Below, piece by piece: positions 35,782 to 48,669 of a DNA stretch of 64,000 nucleotides. Both the position numbers and the translations under genes were made by a program. The notes beneath the pieces are model-generated. The model was not told where the DNA came from. It saw only the letters and a program-made list of their open reading frames with translations, and ran no database searches. This DNA comes from Camelus ferus (lineage: Eukaryota): positions 23,562,001 through 23,626,000 of the forward strand of contig NC_045697.1 in the NCBI RefSeq assembly GCF_009834535.1. Reading direction: 5' to 3'. The stretch's first letter is position 1. The number at the start of each line of letters is the position of its first letter.

Positions 35782-38293
35782 ATGGTAATAAACACACATC
35801 TATCATTAATTACTATAAATGTTAATGGACTAAATGCTCCAATCAAAAGACACAGAGTGGCAGACTGGATAATAAAGCAAGAACCTTCAATATGCTGCAT
35901 ACAAGAGACCCACTTTAGGGAGAAGGACACATATAGGTTGAGAGTGAAAGGATGGAAAAGGATATTCCATGCAAATGGAAAAGCCAAAAAAGCAGGTATA
36001 GCAGTACTGATTTCAGACAAAATAGACTTTAAAACAAAGGCCATAAAGAAAGATAAAGAAGGACATTTTATAATGATTAAAGGAGTGATACAAGATGAGG
36101 ATATTACACACGTTAATATATATGCACCCAATATAGGAGCACCTAAGTACATACAAGAATTACTAACAGAGATAAAGGGGGATATTGATGGGGATAAAAT
36201 CATTGTCAGAGATATTAACATCACTAGGCAGATCTTCCAGACAGAAAATAAAAAAGGCAACAGAGAAATTAAATGATACAATAGAAAAATTAGATTTGGT
36301 GGATATTTTCAGAGCATTACACCCCCCAAAAATAGGATATACATTCTTTTCAAGTGCACATGGAACATTTTCTAGCATTGATCATGTACTTGGGCACAAA
36401 AGAAGCCTCAACAATTTTAAGAAGATAGAAATTATCTCAAGCAACTTTACTGACCAAATGCCATGAAACTAGAAATCAACTACAGAGAAACAAAGGAGAA
36501 AAAAGGGAAAGCATGGAGATTAAACAACATGCTATTAAAAAAAAACAATGGGTCAACGATGAAATCAAAGTTAAAATTTAAAAATACCTTGAGACAAATG
36601 AAAATGGAAATACAATCACACAAAATTTATGGGACGCAGCAAAGGCAGTGCTAAGAGGGAAGTTTATGGCGATACAGGTCTTCCTCAAAAAAGAAGAACA
36701 ATCTCAAATAAACTATCAAACCAACCAGCTAAAAGAATTAGAAAAAGAAGAGAAAAAAACCCACAAAAGTCAGCAGAAGGAAGGAAATTATAAAGATCAG
36801 GGAGGAAATAAATAAAATAGAGATTAAAAAAACCATATAAAAATCAATCAAACCAAAAGCTGGGTTTTTGAAAGAGTAAATAAAATCATCAAACCTCTGG
36901 CCAAACCTTCTTTCTTCACAAAGAAGAAAAAAGAGAGAGCACAAATCAGCAAAATAAGAAAGGAAAATGGAGAAATTACAACCAATAAAATAGAAATACA
37001 GAATATCATATGAGAATATTATGAAAAACTATATGGAACCAAACTGGATAACCTAGAGGAGAGGGACAAGTTTCTGGAAACATACAGTCCACCAAGACTG
37101 AATCAAGAGAAACTGACCACTTGAACAAACCGATCACTAGAAATGAAATCAAAATAGCAATAAAAAAACCTCCCTACAAATAAAAGTTCAGGACCTGACG
37201 GCTTCACCGGGGAATTCTACCAAACATACAAAGAAGAACTCATACCAGTCCTTCTCAAACTTTTCCAGAAGATTGAAAAGGAGGGAATACTCCCAAACTC
37301 ATTCTATGAAGCCGCCATCACCCTGATACCAAAACCAGGCAAAGACACTACAAAAAAAGAGAATTATAGGCCAATATCACTGATGAACATAGACGCCAAA
37401 ATCCTCACCAAAATATTAGCAAACAGAATCCAACAACACATAGAAAAGATTATACATCATGACCAAGTAGGGTTCATCCCAGGGACACAAGGGTGGTTCA
37501 ACATATGCAAATCAATCAATGTAATACATCACATCAACAAGAGAAAGGACAAAAACCACATGATCATCTCAATAGATGCAGAAGAAGCATTTGATAAAAT
37601 TCAACACCCATTTATGATAAAAACTCTTACCAAAGTGGGTATAGAGGGAACATATCTCAACATAATAAAAGTTATCTATGACAAACCTACAGCGAGCATA
37701 GTACTCAATGGTGAAAAACTCAAAAGCTTCCCACTAAAATATGGGACAAGACAAGGATGCCCACTATCACCACTCCTATTCAACATAGTCTTGGAAGTCC
37801 CAGCCACAGCAATCAGGCAAGAGAGAGAAATAAAAGGGATCCAAATTGGAAAAGAAGAGGTAAAAGTGTCACTATATGCCGATGACATGTTACTATACAC
37901 TACCAGTGGGAATGCAGTTTGGTGCAGCCACTGTGGAAAACAGTATGGAGATTCCTCAAAAGACTAGGAATAGACTTACCATATGACCCAGGAATCCCGC
38001 TCCTGGGCATATATCCAGAAGGAACCCTACTCCAAAGAGACACCTGCACCCCAATGTTCATAGCAGCACTATTTACAATAGCCAAGACATGGAGACAGCC
38101 TAAATGTCCATCAACAGATGACTGGATAAAGAAGAGGTGGTATATTTATACAATGGAATACTATTCAGCCATAAAAAACAACATAATGTTATTTGCAGCA
38201 ACATGGACGTCCCTGGAGAATGTCATTCTAAGTGAAGTAAGCCAGAAAGAGAAAGAAAAATACCATATGAAATCGCTCATATGTGGAACCTAA
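35782..38293 (+). pseudogene. L1 ORF2p (APE endonuclease, reverse transcriptase, C-terminal region), disrupted
   Basis: [78 protein letters not shown]; frameshifts, TGA at 37011 and a large deletion at ~37900. Confidence 0.96.
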
Positions 38294-39079
38294 AAAAAAA
38301 AAAAGAACATAAATACAAAACAGAAATAGACTCATAGACATAGAATACAAACTTGCGGTTGCCAAGGGGGAGCAGGGTGGAAAGGTATAGAATGAGTGTT
38401 CAAAATTTGTAGATACTGATGGACATATGTATAATAGGTAAACAAGATTATACTGTATATATACAAGATCTTGTGGTAGCTCACAGCAAAAAAAGTGTGA
38501 CAATGAATATATGTATGTTCATGTATAACTGAAAAATTGTGCTCTACACTGGAATTTGATACAACGTTGTGAAATGACTATAACTCAATAAAAAAATGTT
38601 TAAAAAGATTTTTTTTATGTTATGATATGAAGTTTTACTGTGGGATCATTACCCAAAAACATCAAAGATCTATTTTACTACCCAAATTTGGACTGAGTCT
38701 AAAACAATTATGATTCCTGAATCTAGAGTGCTAACATGATTTTTACTTAATGTTTAAGTTTAAGGGAATGGAACAGACATCGCTAAATAAGAATTAACTC
38801 TTTTGTACTAATACTAGCACTCCATAACAGCTTTAACTTACGATATACACTTTGACAACTCTTCAAAATATTCTCTGTAAGTGACTGATTTGTATACGAC
38901 TGAGTTTCAAAACCAGTAAGTATGATGGCTTTGTTTTACATGTTTGATATAATCAAGCCTATCCACATGTGAGTCAAATAACTAAAATCTTTACCTTAAT
39001 TACAATTAGTTTTAAAATAATTGAAAGTATGTTAATGACCTAGAAACTAATGGTTTAACTAAGATATAAAGATAACCAG

Positions 39080-39310
39080 CAAACATTTCAGTGCTTACTG
39101 GTCACTGCTTAAAGCATTATTCAAAAATTAATTCATCTGAAATCTCACTTCAGACTTACCAGCTGAAAGCATTATTATTATTATTACCATTTTATAGATT
39201 AAAAAAGTGTGGCATAGAAAATTTGCATCATTTGCCCATGATCACTCATCTAGTCAGTTTTACACCAGGATCTTGAACCCAGGAAATCAAGGTCTAGCAT
39301 TCATACATCT
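39080..39310 (-). mobile_element. MIR SINE
   Basis: attattaccattttatagattaaaaaagtgtggcatagaaaatt...tttgcccatgatcactcatctagt...tcttgaacccagg. Confidence 0.75.
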
Positions 39311-39975
39311 AAGAATGTCACACACATGCTTCAAAAAAAAAAATTAACAGTCTATATTTTTATTGGAATACCTTGAATTTACTTCAAGTAAAATATTTCT
39401 TATAAAACTGAGTATAAGTAAATAAAGTGAATTGCCTTTCTCTTTTCATTAGCATAGTTATAGATTTACACACTTGCAAATAACCTAAAAAAAATAATGA
39501 AAAAACTATACTTTTGTGAAGTTTGTAAATATCAGAAGATAAAACATCCAAGTTATTAAATTAAATCTTAAAGCTCAAGGACGAAGCAGTGTCTGCTTAA
39601 CAACATAATGTCGGGTAGTGTATAAAGAATTCATGCACTTTGTGCGATGTTTTATTCATATATTGGTAAATGAATACATAATTATCTGAAAATATTTTTG
39701 TTTTTGATATAACCTACATCATGGAATATGAGAAGTTTTATTTTTTAATGCATTGTGCAATAATAGATATATGCTTTGGCTTATTATTTTTAATGTAAAT
39801 TAAAATAAACCTGATCTATATTGGTGATGGTTTCTTTCAGATCTATGTTAATGAACACACTTGAGTTGCTCTAAATTACAAGTATAATAATTTTCTAGAA
39901 CCAAAACTGAAATTTAGCCCAAGAATCCAGAGTTCTGTAGACTGGCAGTGGGGATTGTAGAATCCTTGTGTACCC

Positions 39976-40146
39976 AGGGTTGCCAGATAAAATTCAGTTC
40001 ATGTAGGTATTTGAATATCAGATAAACAACGAACATTTGTTTAGTAGAAGAAGGTCCCATTTGGATCATGAAAGTATTTGCTCTTTATCTGAAATTCAAA
40101 TTTGACTGGATATTTTGTATTTTGATTTCTAAATGTGGCAACTTTA
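39976..40146. mobile_element. MER53 palindromic MITE, second copy
   Basis: cagggttgccagataaaat...tttgaatatcagataaacaacgaa...tttatctgaaattcaaatttgactgg...tggcaac. Confidence 0.85.
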
Positions 40147-41004
40147 TGCATGCTGTATGGTTCTCTGGGCCTCAGTTATGTTACTGGCCATTAATCTATT
40201 TTATCTTTATCATAACTTTTGATTTAAAATCTTTGAATTTCTGCTTCAATTTACTATTCAAAACCAATTAAGTTGCTTCATATTCCTATGAAGGGTCACT
40301 AAGACAAGTGTTACTAATGAGAAAAATGCTGTAAGCTTTTGAATATATTAGCAAGGCCAACCACTGATACAGGAATTGATCTCATTCTCAAAGTATCCAC
40401 ACATATCTTGGCTAGAAAATAAAAGATGTCACTTATAATCAATGGCAAATTGTTTTGAAAAAAAAATTATTGGAGAAATATTTGTATAAAAGTATTTTTA
40501 AGTGTATATAACCCTGTACCTTCTTGCTATGGAAACCCATGTTTTTTGGCTGTCTTAAATTTCATTATTAGCTTGTAGTCATTCACCCTTTCATTCAGTT
40601 CACATTGTTAATTTGAACAGATAATTTAGAAAGACTGGTGAAGCACAAAATGTATTTGTCTTGTTAATTCTGTTAACAAAGCTACAAGGAGAGTGCATTT
40701 TCATAAATAGTTGTGACAGCTGCCTAGTTAAAAGCATGAATTCTTCATTCAGCAAATAATCTCCAAAGTGAAACACAACACTTCCTCCTTATTTTCATAA
40801 CTCTTTGCTTAAAAAACAGTAACATCTAAACAGTTACTAAGATGAATACCATATTATCTATCCAATAAAAATTCCTATAACCTTTTATAATGACCATTTA
40901 GGAAAATAAAGAAAAGGAATCTTTAGACTGTAAAAATACCATTATCTTAAAGAGACTCCAAGATAGTATACATTCCTGTTTCCAGAACTACATTTAAAAA
41001 AAAA

Positions 41005-41603
41005 ATATATGTATATATGTATGCATAGTCAGTTTACAATGTTGTGTCAGTTTCTGGTGTACAGCACAGTACTTCAGTCATATAGGAACATACATATAAT
41101 TGTTTTCATATTCTTTTTCACTGTAACTTACTATAAGATATTGAATATAGTTCCCTGTGCTATACAGTATAAACTTGTTGTTTATTTTATATATATTAGT
41201 ATCTGCAAATCTCAAACTCCCAACTTACCCTTTCCCACCTCCTTCCCCCTTTGGTAAGCATAAGTTTGTTTTTTATGTCTATGAGTCTGTTTCTGTTTTG
41301 TAAATAAGTTTGTTTGTCTTTTTTCTTTTTATATTCCACATATAAGTGATATCAAATGGTATTTTTCTTTCTCTTTCTGGCTTACTTCACTCAGAATGAC
41401 ATTCTCCAGGTCTATCCATGTTACTGCAAATGGCATTATTTTATTATTTTTTACAGCCGAGTAGTATTCCATTGTATAAATATACCACATCTTCTTTACC
41501 ATGTCATCTGTTGATGGACATTTGGGTTGTTTCCATGTCTTGGCTGTTATAAAAAGTCCTGCTATGAATATTGGGGTGCATGTGTCTTTTTGAATTGAGG
41601 TTC
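41005..41603 (-). mobile_element. 5'-truncated LINE-1 (ORF2 C-terminus plus 3'UTR)
   Basis: minus-strand ORF 41329-41625 encodes QKDTCTPIFIAGLFITAKTWKQPKCPS...[11 protein letters not shown]...ICGI. Confidence 0.95.
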
Positions 41604-41649
41604 TAGATTTTTTTTTAATAACCATTCTCCTATAGCAGTATGTTTTATT

Positions 41650-41878
41650 TTTATTTTTTAAAAATTTTGTTTCTTACTGACATCTAGTTGATTTACAAAG
41701 TTAGTTTCAGGTACACAGCAAAGTGATTCAGTTATACACATGCATGCATATTTATATTTTTAAAGATTATCTTCCATTATATGTTACTGCAAGAAACTGA
41801 ATACAGTTCCTATGCTATACAGTAGGTCCTTATTGCTTATCTCTTTTATATATAGTAATGGGTATCTGTTAATGCCAG
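41650..41878 (-). mobile_element. LINE-1 3'UTR fragment
   Basis: tagttgatttacaaagttagtttcaggtacacagcaaagtgattcagttatac...gttcctatgctatacagtaggtcct. Confidence 0.85.
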
Positions 41879-42097
41879 ATTGGACAACTCATGTGCCCTT
41901 TTTAAAGAGGAAATAGACCCTATGTAATAGACCCTGAGTAACACTTCACCTTATTTTATTTTATGAATAATGAAGAAGTTGATCATATTGTACAAGCTTT
42001 CGTCAGTAACACTATACCTTTCCTACTACTGATTCTGATTTTAAAAATTCTAAATTTGAACATCATAATTATGAATAATGACCTTATCTTCTCTGTT

Positions 42098-42420
42098 TCT
42101 TTTTTTTTTAATTGAAGTATAGTCAATTTACAATGTGTCAATTTCTGGTGTACAGCATAATGTTTTCATATTATTTTTCATTATAGATTACTACATGATA
42201 TTGAATATAGTTCCCTGTGCTATACAGAAGATACTTGTTGTTTATCTATTTCATATATATAATAGTTAATATTTGCAAATCTTAAACTGCCAATTTATCC
42301 CTTCCTACACCTTTTCCCCCCAGTAACCATAAGTTTGTTTACTATGTCTGTGAGTCTGTTTCTGTTTTGTAGATAAGTTCATTAGTGTCTTCCTTTTTCT
42401 TTTTTTAGGTTACACACGAG
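42098..42420 (-). mobile_element. LINE-1 3'UTR fragment
   Basis: T tail, then aattgaagtatagtcaatttacaatg...gttccctgtgctatacag...gtgagtctgtttctgttttgt. Confidence 0.9.
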
Positions 42421-44582
42421 TGTTTCAGTATCCTGTTTTAAATTCTAAATTCCATTTTTTACTATAAAAGTAACAAAATTAGAGAAAATAAAAAATAAAG
42501 TAATTTATGAATAAAGACACTTAATTCTATGACTTAATAGAACATTTGTTAGAAACATAATTCTAGCTTTTTTCTATGCATTTGTATCTATATATGTGAA
42601 TGTGTATCACATTCATTTTATTACACATGTATTTTTCACCCTATGATTTACTAAATAATTATGTTATGAATTATTAGTGTAATGAGTTACCCAGCTGAGT
42701 GATTTTTAAAGTTTGTTAATGTCTAGTCATTCACTCATTTTTAAAATCGACAATGTGAATATCTGGAGATTGTGGGCATTCTACAATTTTTGGAATAGAT
42801 GTCAATTCCTGTGAAAAGCTCCCTTGCTTTGGAAAAGATAGCAGGATAAGCTCTGTCCTGTAAGTTTTATAAAAAAAATGTAAAGTCAGACTATTTTTTA
42901 AAGAATAAAATAAAGTCATTCTAAATCTAAATGTAAAATTTTCAGACTGAGATGTTGTGTTCCATTAAATAATGTAAATTGGGTTGATTTTTAGATTGCA
43001 TACCTAAAGAATTAATGTAGTCACTTAGAATTTTTAAGTCACCTCAGATTGTGACTAGACTGCTAAGTGTCAATTGTCCATCACAGATATTATTTAAATT
43101 GAAACACTCCAGCACTTGAGAATGTTTTATAATGATTAGGTGGGGCTGAGGATATCCTGTGAAATAGTATCATGTGTGTGTCAATCATTTTTGGATGGGA
43201 ATCAGCCCGTCTCAGCTTGAATTTTTCACAGTGGGGAGGTTATCTGTTTTTTGTTTTTTTGTTTTGTTTTGTTTTGTCTTGTTTGGCAAACAGGTCCTTA
43301 GTCACAAAGTTGAGCCTCTCCTTTGCTATGTGGCAGTATTCTAAGGCCTGAGGACTCTCACATTATGTTTAGGAATTGTGAATCAGTCGCCCCTCGCAGG
43401 GAAGTATTTTTCAGTAGAGGCTTATTAAACTGAAGTTTTGGTAAGACCTGGAGTGTTTTGGGGAACTGAAACAGTACTATATTTAGACATGATGGGAATA
43501 AGTATGAGAAAGCATTCTGAAGAATTCTGGCGCCTCGGGTCAGCCAAGGATAGTGGCATGGAGAATGAGCAGAGGCAGCAAGTGATGACCTCTGTGACTA
43601 ATTTTTTAAACGTGTAAAAAATGAACGCCAGATTCAAAAATGTTCCACAAAATCCTGATGTTATTTTAACATCTTGACAGATTCACTGTGCACTGGTAAG
43701 CAAGAACAAACCCATTTTTCATTTTACATTTCTATCTTCTGAGATACTTTTTGTAAAATAGAATTTACTTTACATAAATTTGTATTGTAGACAACTTTTC
43801 TATATTTAGTAATTTGAAACAAAACTATACTCATATACCTAGGTTTTTATACTTTATCGAGCACCAAGATAATTTGTGAATTTTCGTCAAAAATTCGTAA
43901 TACTACAAAGTATTATGGCTATAGAATCTTTAGAATAATATGCTTTTATAAGAATAGTTCAGTAATGACATTAGTTACTATTCCTATTTTTAACAATTAT
44001 TGTTTAAAAGATGTTTTTTAGCAAATACTCAATTTTAACTGAGTAGAGCAGTTGTCCAAATATTTGAATAAATATTTGAATCTTCCTTTAGATATTTAAA
44101 ATCACATCTATACCACCTTTCTTGCTTGTTAATAAATATACTCTCCTAAAGGTAAGATATTCAAAATTTATCCCTTCTATAATTTAATCCTTTCTTTAAT
44201 TTCAACAAATTTGATAGCACGTTTACCATGTGTTTAGCGCTGGCTACAACACAAAAAAAATATGGAGCAATGCCTTCCCTCCAGAAAAGGTGGATGTTCA
44301 AAGCTCTAAACACAAAGTTTACACAGTTAAAGAGGATTGCTAGTAATTATTTGACTGATCATCATCTGGTATTTACAAAGCCAAAATTTTTCATTGAGAA
44401 TCCCTGATTACTTTTTTGAAGCTCAAATTATATTTCGTTCTGCATTATTATCTTTAAAAGCTCTTCCACCCAGAAAGGTGAACTACAATCAAATCTGTAG
44501 TCTTTTCAAATCCTTTTAAATGGAAGCCTCTCCTTCCTTCCTGTAACATCTCCGGAGTATCTGAAAAAAAAAATGGGTCTCC

Positions 44583-45062
44583 TGCGATGGGGTTCAGGAC
44601 ATGCTACCCAAAATTTGGCACCCTGGAATTTGAATATTTTAGGCTGAAGGAATCTGGGAAAAAGCAGGTGCTGGAAGGATTCTCTGATCTTCCTCTGAAG
44701 CAGGTCATAAGACCTTCATATGAGGAGATGCCTTTTCTACAACTGAAGAAAAAGTATCGCCAAATGTGGAGGAACTTGGAGGGGAATCTGAACAAACCAG
44801 ACTTGCTAAGTTTTCCTCGGTTTTCACACCTAGCTTATCCTTTTGTTCTATCATATTTTCCCATGACTTTCTATTCTTCATGCAACCTAGTATAAATACG
44901 CTCAGGTTTAATCATCTCTTCATCTTCATTTCCATATATAGGCTTGTATGTCATGGAATATATATAGTCAATAAACTGTCTCTTGTTAATTTGTCTTTGC
45001 TACAGAGATCCAGCCTAACACCTAGAAAGACAGAAAGACAAAGATATTTTTCCTCCTCTACC
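44583..45062 (+). mobile_element. ERV1 solo LTR (MER34/MER39-like)
   Basis: tgcgatggggttcaggacatgctacccaaaatttggcacc...gaatattttaggctgaaggaa; TATAAA at ~44891; AATAAA at ~44970. Confidence 0.8.
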
Positions 45063-47384
45063 CCCATGTACATCTCACTCCAACACTGTAGAACTTAATA
45101 GCTTCTGTTCCTTTGAAACTCATCCAAAAGCACGTGCTCGGTTTCTTCTAAGCCTTTTGGAACTAGCTCAGAGAAATAATAAAAACTTTTTCAGCTACTG
45201 TTTGTGTGCTGAAAATATGTGTTAATGTCATCTTAGACATCATATTGCATCATTTGTTAAAAAAAGAAGGAAAGTCAAGTCCTCACTTTTGAAGATGAAA
45301 ACTGACAAAATTTTTGCTGTTTGCCAAATATCGCATAGGAAATAATGAAAGAGTCAAAATTTGGTTCTAATTCTGTCTGATTGTAGCGCCTGTACTGTTA
45401 AAAATTGTTCTCTTCTGTACCTTTCCTCAGTCCTTTGACATCATTAAAAAACTAGCATCTACAACACAGCTTTCAAACACCAAAAATGGGTTTTCTGGTT
45501 GAGAAACAGATTGCTGTAATATCAAGGTCTCCTCTTCATGTGTCCTTCCTGGTAGTGGTCCCAACCAGTGCCTCTTTTCTGAAGTGGCTCTTTTATGAAC
45601 TCACAAAACTAGCTGGCACCAGCTTACTGCCTCCCGGACGCTCACACTCACTGAACGAGATATCTGGGTAGCAGTATTCTATTTCCATTTCCATGCTGTT
45701 TACTTGGGAATAGGGTTGGGGGGGCAGCAGCCTAGTAGTTCAGCCACCTGATCACTGCCCCATTCCTTTCAGAGCACACTCTTGCTCAGGAGTGGTTTTC
45801 ACTGCTGTGTTTGGTACATTTAGTCCTTTTCCTACTATAAGTTTCTCCTACCTGTCCTTAGGTTCTGTTCAGCCTGGGACAAAATAATCAAGGACAGCCA
45901 AAATTCTTTGGTAGTTCCAATTACTGCTGTCATCATTTCTCAGCCACCACTCAAGTCTCCTCTGTGTGAAGGAGTGAAATTCTTGCTTTATGGGTACTGG
46001 GAGAGTGGGAACCTGATAACCTAAACAATGACGCACTTTCCCTTTGATCTGAAATTCCATTTTCCCTCTTTCCCTGAGTTGCATTGACCTAAAGAGTTCA
46101 TATCCTTTGTATTTTTTTAAAGAAAATATTAAAAATCAACAGTGTCCCCCCGAACTATGCAAACCCATGTCCTCACGTCATCTATTTCATGAGTGTGGTT
46201 GACCGTCAAACAGTAATTTATTACATTTGGAAGAATAAAAGTTTCAGTCGCATCTATTTCATGGATTTGTTATTTTACTGGAAGGACGCTAGGTTCCAAA
46301 GCTATGATGCAGGCTTGCCTCACATTGTCTTGCAAATGCCAAAATTAAAAACTTGGCACTCCGGGGAACAAACGAATAGCAGTGAGATCAAGCACAACAG
46401 CAGGAAAATCCCTGTTTCTGAGCTGACTTTCTGATTTGCCCTCCAAATCCCCAACTGTCCATCAGCTAAAATCTCAGGAGCTCTATTTTCACACTGTCAG
46501 AAAATAACTTAAAATATTTTCTGCCAGCATGGACATGGTGCTTTCACTCTTCTAAGCCTACAATTTACATCTTTTAAGATTAAAATACATAACTGATTAC
46601 AGCAGGGGAAGTAATGTGAATGTCATAGAATTCTGCAAACTGCCGCTCTGAGACTGGAAGACTGACTAGAAGGTTCAATCGCTATTCATTTGATCTTACG
46701 ATTTTGCTCCATCAGCAATCTTGTGTTTAGGGGGCAGGACACTCAGTCTGCTGCTGGCCAGCATATTGACTGCATAAGCTGTGATTTGTTATCTGAGTAA
46801 AGAAATATTTTGGAATCACAGTTGAACTTGGCTATTTAGCAGGTTTGTTGAGAAGCAAATTTAATATATTAGAAGATTTACTCCATCCTTCTACTGATAA
46901 AATGTCCCCAAACCATAATTATGCAATGTTATTTTTTGGGGGGGAAAGGACTGCTGGGAGTTTACACCTCTCCATATTCCTGGTTGCCATTTTTTTAGTT
47001 TTTAGCCAAATCACACACCATTCATTGATAAAAGTTGGGAAAATCATAGAGTTTCATGGCTTAAAGGCTCTTATGACCATCATCGACTTATTTCCTAGAG
47101 AAGACAACTAAGGTATAGGAAGACACAGATGGCTAGGAGAGGGCTGGAACTGCATCGGATTTTCTCACTCCAGGTCCGTCATTCATCAGCAACTGGGGGC
47201 AGCAGGTAATAGTTGAGAACTGAATAGCTCTTCCGGTGCTGTTTCATTCAATATGTTATCAATTCCACAGTTTGAAGCTTAGCAGCTATCTCTGCAAAGG
47301 TGAAATATTTCCGTTTAAAAAAAAAAAAAACAAGCAATCTAATAGATGCTCTTCATCATGGAGAGGTACCTAAGCAGTGTGTGT

Positions 47385-47545
47385 ATTATTTGGTTGCTCT
47401 GCCTCCATTTCCTCATCTCTCAGTTGTGATGAGGGGAGTATTCACCCCACAGGGTTGCCTGAAGGAAGATTTGAGTGAAGAAGTGTAAAATGCTGGGACA
47501 AAATCCAGGCACGTGTTAAGTGCTTTGTATTCGTGTTTGTTAGCA
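47385..47545 (+). mobile_element. MIR remnant
   Basis: ctctgcctccatttcctcatct...cacagggttgcctgaaggaagatttgagtga...caggcacgtgttaagtgct. Confidence 0.65.
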
Positions 47546-48669
47546 TCAGAGCCTTCCTGTTGTAGAAGAAAAGTTAAAGCTTAACCAGTTGAAACATGAT
47601 TTTACTATTGAAACCAAAAACCAAGTGAATTTTCTAAGACAGCTAGTGTTGTTTCAGTTGAGAAGCAACATGTCTTAAAGTGCAGTTAACCGTTTAGATC
47701 ATGGCTTATGTAACACAAAGTAGCTTCAGCTGGGAGTCACTTGGAAGACTGAGGCAGAAAAATGAAACAGAGAGGCACCTGCATGACTTCCATGCCCATC
47801 TGTGTGTAACTGAATCTATACTTCCAGGTCCTAACATTTTACGTAAGATTAATTTTAATTGTCTTCTTTTGGGGAGGGGAGATAGCGCAAGAAAAATATG
47901 GGGAAAAATTCTCATTAATTTCATTGAATTATGTATTGCAGATATTTTTTCATGGAATATTGGCATCCTGAAAGTAATACTTAAATGACTTCCCAGCATG
48001 GCATGATCTACGCCTGCACGTATCTTGCATAAGTTATTACCTTCTACCAAGGAAGGAAAATGAGAATTGTTTAAAATGGGATATGCTTGATAGTGAATCA
48101 AATTTCCCTAGTATGTAAATTATTTCCTGGGAGTGAATAAGGCACATTGGGAGCAATTTAATAAATGATACCCTGGAGGTCTGAACGGATTAATGAACCT
48201 GATTATCCTTCTCCTGCAGAAGGAGAAAACTGTCACTTTGCAGTTAGCCTAAAACGAGCTCTCCATAGTGTCACTTCAAGGTATTTTGTAGGGAGAGAGG
48301 GAATAAATATAGGTGGCCCATTTAATACTTGTGGGGATAGAACTACTTTACATGATTACTTTCTCTCTTTCTCAGGATGGTGCCATTAGCAAAGGAGCAC
48401 TGGGGCAGAGAGTGAACTGGTCTGGTAAAAAACCACATCTACTCCAGCGCCATGGAACCTGGGTCAAGGTGAATGCTACAGTCTCTCTCCTAAATCCTGA
48501 TGCTTGAGGCTGCACCTCGTCTCCTCTGTGGAGCTTCATAGCTGTTTCCTCATAAAGCACTTCTGTGAAATGGGCTTAGTGCTCTTTACCCAGCCACAAC
48601 GAAGACAAGGCATATGTAGGTCTCAGTAAGAAAACAAAGTCTTTTATCCTTTTGTTAAAAATAACTTAT

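Larger units (their letters stand above)
32850..38600 (+). mobile_element. LINE-1, near full-length with internal ORF2 deletion
   Basis: GC/CpG-rich 5'UTR, ORF1, inter-ORF spacer, ORF2 EN, RT and C-terminus, 3'UTR, AATAAA at 38587 and A-rich tail; no clear TSD. Confidence 0.97.

Noticed and set aside
35782..37967. Active reverse transcriptase/endonuclease or a novel RT system
   Set aside because: Ordinary L1 ORF2 with frameshifts, a stop, a damaged GDFN motif (reads RDIN with a small deletion) and a large deletion; not competent.
34582..38503. Antisense hydrophobic ORFs (e.g. 35658-36281, 207 aa)
   Set aside because: Shadow frames of A-rich L1 ORF1/ORF2, a well-known artefact.
44587..45098. 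ORFs of 102 and 110 aa
   Set aside because: They lie inside an ERV1 LTR and show no gag/pol/env motifs.
47706..48101. 131-aa minus-strand ORF
   Set aside because: Non-ATG start, no recognisable motif, no convincing splice context.
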